A DNA stretch of 64,000 bases from Candidatus Cloacimonadales bacterium (GTDB lineage: Bacteria > Cloacimonadota > Cloacimonadia > Cloacimonadales > JAFGVF01), in contig OY782781.1 in assembly GCA_963678315.1 (NCBI GenBank), positions 1,248,001-1,312,000 on the forward strand. The letters run 5' to 3'. Position numbers and translations under genes: made by a program. Of the stretch, positions 8,924-18,421 are shown piece by piece; the stretch's first letter is position 1, and each line of letters begins with the position of its first letter. The notes under the pieces are model-generated. The model searched no databases, was not told the DNA's origin, and worked only from the letters and a program-made list of their open reading frames with translations.

Positions 8924-9151
8924 CAATTTATATATCTCCAAAGAGGATACATTTTTTGGGCTTAGTAGCAAGGATATTGCTAATACTAACTAACTTTTCC
9001 TCATCATACTTTAAAAAAATAATAACTATTATTAATTATTATTAGCATTTTATTCTATCTTGTAAAAAAAAGTTTCCTTACATAAGTATCTAATAATTAG
9101 TAATAAAGAGAATCTACAGCTAATTAATATTAATATTTTGTAAAAAAAGTA

Positions 9152-9180
9152 TTGACATGGAAACAAGCATTTTATAACTT
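9152..9180 (+). promoter_or_regulatory. Sigma70-like promoter of the tRNA cluster
   Basis: TTGACA-17 bp-TAACTT, about 20 bp upstream of tRNA-Ser, with an AT-rich upstream region. Confidence 0.6.
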
Positions 9181-9201
9181 GCTTTTACATGATTTGAACA
9201 C

Positions 9202-9287
9202 GGAGAATTAGTCCTAATTGGTAAGGCAGCGGTCTTGAAAACCGCCGGGCTTCGCCCTTGGGGGTTCGAGTCCCTCATTCTCCGCCA
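9202..9287 (+). tRNA. tRNA-Ser(TGA)
   Basis: Acceptor GGAGAAT/ATTCTCC-GCCA; anticodon arm GCGGT-CT TGA AA-ACCGC; long variable arm; GTTCGAG T-loop. Confidence 0.95.
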
Positions 9288-9305
9288 TTTCTTTTATTAA
9301 TAAGT

Positions 9306-9396
9306 GGAGAGGTGGCCGAGCGGCTTAAGGCGTGCGCCTGCTAAGCGTATGTAGGCTAATCCCCTACCGAGGGTTCAAATCCCTCCTTCTCCGCCA
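9306..9396 (+). tRNA. tRNA-Ser(GCT)
   Basis: GGAGAGG...CTTCTCC-GCCA; anticodon loop CT GCT AA; long variable arm; GTTCAAAT. Confidence 0.95.
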
Positions 9397-9429
9397 TTGC
9401 GAATATTAAAAAATTAATATAAACAGTGT

Positions 9430-9504
9430 TGGGACGTCGACAAGTGGTAAGTCACATGGTTTTGGTCCATGTATCCGCGGGTTCGAATCCTGCCGTCCCA
9501 ACCA
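9430..9504 (+). tRNA. tRNA-Gln(TTG)
   Basis: TGGGACG/CGTCCCA-ACCA; anticodon arm CATGG-TT TTG GT-CCATG; GTTCGAAT. Confidence 0.95.
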
Positions 9505-9520
9505 TTTTAATTATACATGA

Positions 9521-9545
9521 ACCGTTTTAGACGGTCTTTTTTTTT
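9521..9545 (+). terminator. Terminator after the tRNA cluster
   Basis: ACCGT-TTTAG-ACGGT plus a long T tract. Confidence 0.7.
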
Positions 9546-9682
9546 GCCCTGAAATATCCAATTCTACTTGTAGACAAGACCTTTTACACAAAAAAAGAAC
9601 CAGAACAAAATTAATCTGTTCTGGTCCTAAAATGCTTAACCCAGATAAATCCTAATAGATTATATGGGCTAAAATTGTTTAT

Positions 9683-12600
9683 CTAATCAACATGAGCTTT
9701 AATTCGGTAGAACTTTCTAACTGATGAGTTAGTATCTTCCCAAGAAGTACTGCTTGTTGTATAGGTGTTTACGCTATCGAAATCAATAGTATCAGAAGTT
9801 TCAATTTGGTATGAACTAGCACCAATAACACTATCCCAGTTAAGTATAATATTACCTTGTGCATTTATTGAAATACTAATGTTTTCTGGAGAATCAATAG
9901 ATGTAATAACATCACCAAAGATAATAACTCTATCATCATCGCATATCATAATAGAAGAATCTTTAACAATAACAGAAGCAATATTCCAAGTTATATCATT
10001 ATCTGCATCATCATAAATCCATTGTATATTACCATCTGTATCAACTTTCATTAGTTCCGGAATACCACCAATAAGGTAGTTGTTATCAGAAGCTAAGGCA
10101 AGGGCTTTACCTTCACCATAAAAGCTGATAGGGTAGACTTTATCCCAAATCTTGTTACCACTAGAGTTTAGTTTAATCAAGACAGTTCTATTAGGTGTAG
10201 TTTGATCGTTATTATCGTGAGCATTACCTGTGATAACAAAGTTTCCATCAGCATCTTGCATAGCTGCTTTTCCGTATGAAGAAAAGCCTTGATTTGAAAC
10301 ACCAAAACCTTCTTCATATTCCCATTGCACAGAACCAGCTGAGTTAGTTTTGATAACCCAAACACGAGAATTACCAATAGGACTAGTTTCAGTTCCTGCT
10401 TTGTAGCCAGTTAGGAGATAGCCACCATCATTAGTTTGAATAACGCTGTTACATTGTTCTTGAGCATTATCCTCCCCATAGGTAATTTGAAATATTGGAT
10501 TAGTTTGATTCATTGCAGCCTTGGTAAGTAGGAAATCCCAATCCCTGAAACCAGTTCCACCTGTGATAACTGCATTGCCAGAATTATCAATAATCATATC
10601 CGTTACAAGCTCGTTACTAACTAGGTTACCTTCTTCATATTTATATGATTTTGACCATAAGGTATTTCCATTTAAATCAACTTGACTAAGGCCAGTCTTA
10701 TCACCATTGATGTATGATGTATTTTCATCTCTAGCAATCAAGAAATTACCATTTGATAATTCTATAGCCTTCTTAAAATAACTTGTCATAGTCGAATAAG
10801 TGTTACTTGAAAGAACTTGTCCTTGATTATTTATTGTCACTAAAGCATGATTGTTGTTGTTAAGTGTTCCTGCAAGGGCATATCCATTAGACGTTGCTGT
10901 TGCCTTATATATATTAAGTCCATTTATACTTTCATCATAAGAAATACTTGGAACATTCTCTGGGAACTCAGATACAAATGACCATACATCACCCTCTGAA
11001 ATATCTTCTGTATAGTTATTAGATAGTGTTACTCTCCAGTAATAAATTACTCCATAATCTAAGTTATCTATATAAGATAGATTATCTGTAATTACTCCAG
11101 AATATACTTCTGAAGCACCAGTCATCTCAGGATTGCTAGCGATTTCTACTAGACAGGTATTAAATCCAGTTGGATTAGTCCAGCTAAATGAAGAATTAAG
11201 TGCAATATCTCTAGAAGCTACACTCGGAGAAGGATTAAATGCTTTTAATCTATCTAAGCTTACATCAAACTGAATATCTTCAAAAAGTCCTGCATAAACC
11301 CAATCTTTAAACTCATAACCTGCTTTAGAAAACTCGAAATAGTAACCTTCAGAAGGTAAGGTCATAGACCAGTTACCATTCACGTCTGTATAAGTAGATT
11401 CTGTTTCTCTTGATTTCCAGCCACCTTCCATATCCATTAAGCTAACTAAAACACCTTCAATAGGCTCATTAGTGTATGAATCAGTAACTAGTCCGGTTAC
11501 AGTATATGCTTCTGTAACGCTAAAATTATAAGTTCTAGAAGAAATATCAAAACCACTTGCTGTTCTTCCTACCACTTTCCAATAATAACTTCCATTTGAA
11601 TCCAAATCTCCGAGTTGGGCATTATCAATACTGTTTATTTGATTACCACTATAGATGATATCACTTGCTGAGAAAGTAGAGTTCCCTTGTTGTAAATAGA
11701 AATCTATAGATGTAAAACTTAGCATTGATTCCCAAGAGATATCAGTATCTACGGTTGTTGCCGAATATTCTGCAGGATTTGGGTTAGTTACTACAAAATT
11801 AGGAGAGAATAGCAGAGCTAAACCATCAACTAAATAATAATCTGATTGCTGATAAGAAAGACCAGTTGAACCGTCATAGTTCTCTATTGCCACTGGGCAT
11901 TCTTCAAAAGGAAATGAGTCTGGGACGTCACTATATTGCATTTTAATATCGCCACTTTCAAAGAATATTAATTGAGCAGTCAACATCTCATTTTGATCAT
12001 ACATAAGTGGTATAGAACTATAAGTTAACACATAAGCATTTTCACCATTAATGATTGTATTCTCTTCGTAAAAAGCACCTTCTTGAACATTAGCAAACTC
12101 TGCAAAGAAAAGTGAAACAAGATTATTAACATCATTTTCTTCAGGAATAATGTTTCCTCCAAAAGAATTATCGCTTCTGTTAAAAGAAACCACCCCATAG
12201 TTATTCAGATATATATTACTAAATGTATCATAATAATATTTGAAGTTAAAACCTAAGCTTCGTGAATTACCAAGTTCAAACTGGCTTCTAGAAATTTCAC
12301 TTGCATTATCGGTTGGAATCCAATCATAAATTGGTCCATCTTGGTCCATTGAAGAGATTACATAGTAGTAATTATCATCTGGTCCTACTACTGTTGGAAC
12401 GATAGAAACAGTAAAGTCAAGATCTGCAGAATGACCTGTATTCGAAACAGCTTCAAGTGTAATTGTCTCTTCATCAATACTAGCATTTTCTGGAATTGAA
12501 GCTACTAGTCTCATCATTTTAGCATCTTCTGCTCCTAGTATGAAGTTGTCCATCTCTACTAATTCTAAGCTCTCTTCATCATGATCACTGAGATATTCAT

Positions 12601-14071
12601 ATAAAGTATACTCAAATTGATTGTTAGTTATTGAGAAGGTGAAAACTCCATCCATACTACCTGAATTCGAGATATAGAAATCACAATAAGAAGAGTGTCC
12701 TTTATGTGAAACAATAGTATTTTGTTCATCTTCAACTGTCATATATGGTTGAGCAATCTGACTACTTGATAGCACTATGTTATCAATGGTAAAACCACTT
12801 GTTGACACTGTTTCATTGTTTTTATAAATGAATTTTAATCTAAAAATTTGTCCTGCAACATTATTAGTCAAATCCTGTGAATAACTTTCCCAAGCGCTAT
12901 CTGTATCTGCTTGTAGAAACTCATAACTGTAATCAAGATCATCAATAACCACTGCAACTTGTAGATAGGCATCATCTGTTGACTGTGATTGATATTTAAA
13001 ATCAACAGTGCAAAAATCAAGTTCTCTTGCATCAATATATGGACTCAGTGCATAAGAGCTTTCTGAGTTGTTTGAAAAACCATCTACAGTTAAATCTGTA
13101 CCGATAGCATAATCACCTTGGTAAGCACTTGTAGGATCACTTGCAAGCCCCATAGGTTGGGCAATTTCCCAGGATGAATCAATTCCTCCAAATTCCCAAG
13201 CATTCATGTAAGGATCATCACTTTCGAAAGTAAAGGTAGTTTCTCCAGAGGCCAAAAGAATATTTTCAACTTCTAAAGAAGTAAAATAACCTGTTTCTGG
13301 TAGTCTTAGAGACCCATTCGCTAAGAAATAATATTCCTTTGTCCCAGCATCCATAGAATCAAAAGTATAGGTATAGATACCATTTGTTTCTGTTCCAGCT
13401 TTTAAGTCCATATCATAAGAATCACCATCAAGGACTAATTCTATTGATGCAGGCATAGCATTAGTTGGATCATAATAAGTTACATCAAATGTTTGTGATT
13501 GCCATGGTTTATTGCCTTCATAAGCATAGTTTCTTTTATCTTTCAAGATTGCACTTGTAGGGTTCTCTACAATCGAAATTGGATTATCATCACTGTAATA
13601 TTCTGAAAGTTGGTCATCCATTGTATCACCAATGTGATACTCTAAATTGTAATCTCCTTCAGTGTTACCAGTATTAAAAATCACGTTAGCTGTAACTATC
13701 TGATCTACACTCGCATGACTTTGAGATAATCCTGACCACCAATAATAACCTTCTGGTGCAGGATCATTAGATTCCATGCTGCTTGAGTTAGTTGAATTAT
13801 AAGTTATATTTCCAATAATTGTATCATCTGTTGATTGATAACTTATCTGGTCATTTTCAATAGTCCAATCATCAGGTACTAACATGGATAGAGTAAATGC
13901 ATGTTCATAAAATCCTGATGAATTAAGTTTAACATTTATTGGAACTATAACTTCACTGTTTGTATACCCCTCTGTTGGTTGAAAAATCGATAAGACTGTG
14001 AATCCACAGGCTGTTAAAAATAGTACTAATAATAAGCACAAAAATATAACCGTTTTTTTTGTATAAATCAT
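9683..14071 (-). CDS. Large modular cell-surface protein (possible lipoprotein; Ig/FN3-like, carboxypeptidase-regulatory-like and beta-propeller regions)
   Basis: N-terminal LTAC lipobox-like site; YYWKV/YYWRV FN3-like repeats; VTGLVTD...TYTDVNGNW domain; QTNDGGYLLTG propeller repeats; C-terminal LNWDSV.GA.SY...KFYRIKA. Confidence 0.75.
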   Translation of the reverse strand: MIYTKKTVIFLCLLLVLFLTACGFTVLSIFQPTEGYTNSEVIVPINVKLNSSGFYEHAFTLSMLVPDDWTIENDQISYQSTDDTIIGNITYNSTNSSSMESNDPAPEGYYWWSGLSQSHASVDQIVTANVIFNTGNTEGDYNLEYHIGDTMDDQLSEYYSDDNPISIVENPTSAILKDKRNYAYEGNKPWQSQTFDVTYYDPTNAMPASIELVLDGDSYDMDLKAGTETNGIYTYTFDSMDAGTKEYYFLANGSLRLPETGYFTSLEVENILLASGETTFTFESDDPYMNAWEFGGIDSSWEIAQPMGLASDPTSAYQGDYAIGTDLTVDGFSNNSESSYALSPYIDARELDFCTVDFKYQSQSTDDAYLQVAVVIDDLDYSYEFLQADTDSAWESYSQDLTNNVAGQIFRLKFIYKNNETVSTSGFTIDNIVLSSSQIAQPYMTVEDEQNTIVSHKGHSSYCDFYISNSGSMDGVFTFSITNNQFEYTLYEYLSDHDEESLELVEMDNFILGAEDAKMMRLVASIPENASIDEETITLEAVSNTGHSADLDFTVSIVPTVVGPDDNYYYVISSMDQDGPIYDWIPTDNASEISRSQFELGNSRSLGFNFKYYYDTFSNIYLNNYGVVSFNRSDNSFGGNIIPEENDVNNLVSLFFAEFANVQEGAFYEENTIINGENAYVLTYSSIPLMYDQNEMLTAQLIFFESGDIKMQYSDVPDSFPFEECPVAIENYDGSTGLSYQQSDYYLVDGLALLFSPNFVVTNPNPAEYSATTVDTDISWESMLSFTSIDFYLQQGNSTFSASDIIYSGNQINSIDNAQLGDLDSNGSYYWKVVGRTASGFDISSRTYNFSVTEAYTVTGLVTDSYTNEPIEGVLVSLMDMEGGWKSRETESTYTDVNGNWSMTLPSEGYYFEFSKAGYEFKDWVYAGLFEDIQFDVSLDRLKAFNPSPSVASRDIALNSSFSWTNPTGFNTCLVEIASNPEMTGASEVYSGVITDNLSYIDNLDYGVIYYWRVTLSNNYTEDISEGDVWSFVSEFPENVPSISYDESINGLNIYKATATSNGYALAGTLNNNNHALVTINNQGQVLSSNTYSTMTSYFKKAIELSNGNFLIARDENTSYINGDKTGLSQVDLNGNTLWSKSYKYEEGNLVSNELVTDMIIDNSGNAVITGGTGFRDWDFLLTKAAMNQTNPIFQITYGEDNAQEQCNSVIQTNDGGYLLTGYKAGTETSPIGNSRVWVIKTNSAGSVQWEYEEGFGVSNQGFSSYGKAAMQDADGNFVITGNAHDNNDQTTPNRTVLIKLNSSGNKIWDKVYPISFYGEGKALALASDNNYLIGGIPELMKVDTDGNIQWIYDDADNDITWNIASVIVKDSSIMICDDDRVIIFGDVITSIDSPENISISINAQGNIILNWDSVIGASSYQIETSDTIDFDSVNTYTTSSTSWEDTNSSVRKFYRIKAHVD

Positions 14072-14384
14072 ACTGATAGGCTCTCCTTAAGTTTTTAAAA
14101 TAATTTAAGTCATAGTTGTTAGATAAATATTTGCTGTCAATCGAATTGTAAGTAATTCTAGTCGAAGATTGTTTTTAAGAATTACTATATTATAGGTTAA
14201 CATTGTAATCTTTTTTGGGGCAGTAGGATTAAATACTAAAAGTATGTTAATAATAGCTGCTAACTAAAAGTTTAGCAAAATATTCTTGACTAAAATAAAT
14301 ATGATACGTATAATATAACAATTTTTGAAATACCTTTTGAATTGTATTATTTGTGAAATCATTTTTTTTTGATAAGGAAATTAT

Positions 14385-15521
14385 ATGAAGATTAAACAGA
14401 AATGGAAGAGTTATTTAAAGCGATTTTTGTTAATAGTTATAGTATTTTTAGTATGTTGGCATGCAGTAAGGGTTGTTACTTTAACAGATAAGAATTTTCA
14501 ATACCTTAACTCAACTGTTAGTAGAAACATAGAAGACTCTTTCCATACTGAAGAGGTATTTGAAATTAACAGGGAGTGGGAACTAGGCTTTCTTGCAATA
14601 AGTAGCTTTGCAATAACCAATAGAGCCTTTTTAGACTCATCTTATAAGGATAGAGCAATTGAACTTAATGAAATTCTTATACAAGAAATGATGTCAAAAA
14701 GAATACAAGATTTTTATGGATTTAAAGGATTTGATAATCTGTGTTTTAAGGAAAACCCTAACGAAAGTGTTATATATACAGGATATCTAAATTATATGCT
14801 GAGTACTTATAATTTATTAACAAGCAATAATAAAGAGATCTTAAGTCTTAACAAGAAAGTAAGTGAATATCTTTATGAACAATATAGGAACAGTTCCTCT
14901 AAATTCTTAGAGTCATACACCGGTAGCTGTTGGACTGGAGATAATGTAATTGCTCTAGCATCCTTAGAATTATATGATTTACATGCGAAGACTAATTACT
15001 CTATTGTATGTGATGAATGGGTCACTTCTGTTAAAGAACATTTCTTAGACAAGGATGGTTTGATGACTTCTGAAGTATTCTTAGATTATGACCACAAGAA
15101 ATGCTTACGCTATAAGGATACTGAAGGATCAACCATTAATTGGAGTACTATGTTTATTAAACACTTCGACGAGGAGTTTGCTAAAGAACAATATTATAGA
15201 TTTAGGGACAATTATTCAACTAACTTTGTTATACTAAGAGCTTTCAAGGAGAATAGTCCTGAACTTGATAACTTTTCGAAAGGTAATATCGACTCCGGTC
15301 CTATAGTATTTGATTATGGAGTATCTGCAACAGTTTTTGGATACGGTGCTGCTCGTGCTGTTGGGGATTCTTGGACTTATAAATCAATTAAGCTTGTTTT
15401 ACCATTCTTTTTTAAAAAGGCTGATACAGGAGTGAAATCTATTCTATATTCTCCATTGAGCGATGCTATTTTTAGTTTTTGTGCCACCCAAACTAAATTC
15501 GATAGAAGATATCTTAAATAG
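14385..15521 (+). CDS. Membrane-anchored (alpha/alpha)6-barrel protein, linalool dehydratase/isomerase-like
   Basis: N-terminal TM; LESYTGSCWTGDNVIALASL and NIDSGPIVFDYGVSATVFG motifs recalled from this family (not searched). Confidence 0.5.
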   Translation: MKIKQKWKSYLKRFLLIVIVFLVCWHAVRVVTLTDKNFQYLNSTVSRNIEDSFHTEEVFEINREWELGFLAISSFAITNRAFLDSSYKDRAIELNEILIQEMMSKRIQDFYGFKGFDNLCFKENPNESVIYTGYLNYMLSTYNLLTSNNKEILSLNKKVSEYLYEQYRNSSSKFLESYTGSCWTGDNVIALASLELYDLHAKTNYSIVCDEWVTSVKEHFLDKDGLMTSEVFLDYDHKKCLRYKDTEGSTINWSTMFIKHFDEEFAKEQYYRFRDNYSTNFVILRAFKENSPELDNFSKGNIDSGPIVFDYGVSATVFGYGAARAVGDSWTYKSIKLVLPFFFKKADTGVKSILYSPLSDAIFSFCATQTKFDRRYLK

Positions 15522-15686
15522 TATAATTACATAAAACACTTTTTAAACAATCAATCATACCTTGAAGCTTGAAGTCTTGTCAAATAATATAGTACTATCA
15601 AGAAGTTCTACTGTATTAGCTTGGCTTAACTAAACCAATAAATAGTAGGTGCATATTTTTATCTAAAATTGGCCAAATTAAGGCCA

Positions 15687-15747
15687 CCCTTACTTGCCTC
15701 CTTGAAAAATCGGCCTTTTTTCAATGAGACCAGTAAGGAAGGAGTTA
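15687..15747. repeat. 61-bp long-hairpin repeat, copy 1
   Basis: Near-identical reverse complement of 49633-49693. Confidence 0.85.
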
Positions 15748-15797
15748 CTGGGAATGTATACCGGGAGCATTCAATCGTCTTCGCCGATCACGGTCCT

Positions 15798-15920
15798 TGC
15801 GAATTGAACATATGCTCTTTTGTTCCGTAATAAAAGAGTGTTTTTTATAGTGCTTATTTATTATATGTTACAGGTAAGAATAGGTGTTTGCATGAGGAGA
15901 GAAGGACGCTAGCGAAGTTT
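15798..15920 (-). repeat. Degenerate att-like scar: tRNA-Arg(CCG) 3' fragment plus arm
   Basis: TGCGAATTGAACATATGCTCTTTTGTTCCG resembles 28677-28706; the next ~93 bp align without gaps to 21968-22060. Confidence 0.65.
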
Positions 15921-16030
15921 TTATTTGACTTCTTTTAGGTTAAATAGATATAAATTGAGATTGTGGTTGATAAGAGCTATGATAATATTGTATGTTGTAT
16001 TTAAACTATGGAAATAGTAATGGAGGGAAA

Positions 16031-17032
16031 ATGAAAAAAGAGCAAAATTATATTAAAGAAAATATTTTTAGACTAATCAACACTCTTTCAAATATGATGA
16101 GTAATCATATTGGTTATGAATCAACTTTGGTTAAAGAACTTTTGCAAAAAATTGTAGAAGATATTAAAATATCGTGTAGGATTAATAATGTTTCATGCGA
16201 TGAGCAGATTGCGAATCAAGTTTTTTTAACTAATCGGGACAAACATCATCCTAAATATTTTACTTCTGCTATTATTAAATCATGTAATAGAATAATTGAA
16301 ACTATTCCCAAAAATATTGATGAAACAACAGGTATCAAAGTGTTGTATTTCATGTATAATTATGTTAATGAAATTCTTCACGATTTATCCAGATTAAATG
16401 TAATCGAAAATAGTTGTTGTAAAACAGATTGTCTTTATGCTGAAGAAGCTTATAATGCATCTGTAGACTTATTATGGAATACTACTAGTATTAGAAAACC
16501 TTCTATTGTCCCTGTAACTCAATCTTCTGTATTTCTAATAAGACAGTCTATAGAACTAAAGTTGTATGGAATACTTGGAATTTCTGATATTCATCACGCA
16601 AATTCCTCTGTCAAAATCAAATTGCTTGATTTATTTAAGTTTATTGATAAGAATAACCAAATCAAGTGGGAGTTCAAGTTATCAAAAAGTAATCTAGAAA
16701 AGATCATTTTATGGACCAATGATTATGTCCACAATGGAGTAATATCATCTTTATGGCTTATTGAAACTGCTCAATATTTTATTAAAGATTTATTCAAAAG
16801 TAATCAAGATGATTTTTTAGTACAACTTAATAAGCTATGTAATGAAGCTAGTTTTAGTGACACTCAAACGATACCATACAGCATACATTGTTCTGTAAAA
16901 ATTGGCAAAGAATATTATAATAACAAGCTGAGAGTTGACTTCATTAATTACTTAATCAGTGAAAACCCAAAACTTAAAGAGGGAAAAGTCAAGATAATTG
17001 TGAAGAGTAGACCTGAATGCATGCTTATATGA
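16031..17032 (+). CDS. Hypothetical protein, possibly HEPN-like
   Basis: Long ORF; RBS GGAGG before ATG 16031; LIRQSIELKL and TNDYVHNG motifs. Confidence 0.55.
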   Translation: MKKEQNYIKENIFRLINTLSNMMSNHIGYESTLVKELLQKIVEDIKISCRINNVSCDEQIANQVFLTNRDKHHPKYFTSAIIKSCNRIIETIPKNIDETTGIKVLYFMYNYVNEILHDLSRLNVIENSCCKTDCLYAEEAYNASVDLLWNTTSIRKPSIVPVTQSSVFLIRQSIELKLYGILGISDIHHANSSVKIKLLDLFKFIDKNNQIKWEFKLSKSNLEKIILWTNDYVHNGVISSLWLIETAQYFIKDLFKSNQDDFLVQLNKLCNEASFSDTQTIPYSIHCSVKIGKEYYNNKLRVDFINYLISENPKLKEGKVKIIVKSRPECMLI

Positions 17033-17416
17033 TAAAAAAATATGGGAACCAAGTAAAAGTGTAAGAGAACAGATGAATAATCATGAAGTAGGTTCTAAAT
17101 GCTTATCATGACTAGCTACTTTAAATGTAATGTCATGATAGGCAGGTTGTTGCAGACTATAATAACTTATTACTTGTTGAACATGGGTTGTATGGACAGG
17201 ATTGAACAATCAAAATCAGTACGTGGGTTCAAATGTTTACTTCAATCAAATCAAGTAATAACGTTATAATAAAATCATTGTAAATCTTATAAAATAAGTC
17301 AATTAATGTGCCATGATACCACAACACTGTCTCCCGTTTTATTCATTGAAGCATTTGCATGTATCTAAAAAACTATAAAAAACTTCATTCTTGTTAATGA
17401 TATATGCAGATAAAAT

Positions 17417-17863
17417 TTAATATCTGTGAACTATGATACTAAACTTATTAAGAATGTATTCATTAATAAGTAAAACAATCATGAAGATAAATACATAGAA
17501 AACTATACAAAAGTATGGTCTTGTTGATTTTAATGATAAAAATATATTTTTGATACTTGGTTTAAAGAAAGCATTATTTTTATTGTCGTTAATATCATTT
17601 ATTTCGTTTAGTTCTGAGAATATCTTAAAAAGCAACTCCCTCATGATAGAGTGATAAAAATCTAATATAGATAATCCAGCAATTGGTAATATTGTTATAA
17701 ACGCTAATTTTGGTTTTCCTAGTACTCCAACTAGTGTTAAAATAATTGAAACGCATATTATGCAACAAATCTTTATATTATTTTTTAATGATGATAGATT
17801 TTCAAGTTTCTCTAGTGTATCAATTTTATACGATGTATCATTTATGTTTTTAATGCTTTGCAT
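17417..17863 (-). CDS. Small three-TM membrane protein, hypothetical
   Basis: Three hydrophobic segments; RBS GGAG; TTGACA upstream on the minus strand. Confidence 0.6.
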   Translation of the reverse strand: MQSIKNINDTSYKIDTLEKLENLSSLKNNIKICCIICVSIILTLVGVLGKPKLAFITILPIAGLSILDFYHSIMRELLFKIFSELNEINDINDNKNNAFFKPSIKNIFLSLKSTRPYFCIVFYVFIFMIVLLINEYILNKFSIIVHRY

Positions 17864-18421
17864 AATATTCTCCCATTAGTTATTATTTAACTAAATAGTA
17901 TTTTGTTGTCAAGTAATTATGAAATACTATTATATCTTTATTATTGTGGATGTTTTTTACATAAAGTAAAGTAAGAAAAAGATCATTTACATATAACATT
18001 ACGAGTTAACTAAAAAAAATTATCAAAATATTTTTGATTTAAATGAAACTGCTCTCGTAAACCTTGCATTAAAGAGATGGAATAATCTAGATGGGATTCC
18101 CACAGAATATATTATAGACTCTAAATTAGCTCAAAAGAAATACAAAAAATCAAAAGATCAGTTAAAGTCTTTCTTAAAAAGAGAATATTAAATTGATTAA
18201 TAACTCGTTAGTATCTAATTTTAAATAAATCAAGAGTTATAAGCATATACATTATTGTTCCACTTTTCTTAATATATTTTGTGTATTAATATAATAATTT
18301 TTATTGAGTTCCTAGATAACAAGAAAGAATATACATAGTCTGATTTAATAAAAACCTTGACAACTGTATTTTATTTAGTAATTTTAGCATAAAAATGTAA
18401 ATATTGAATATAGAGGTGAGT

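Noticed and set aside
17108..17269. 53-aa ORF after the HEPN-like gene
   Set aside because: Short, no clear RBS, no recognisable motif.
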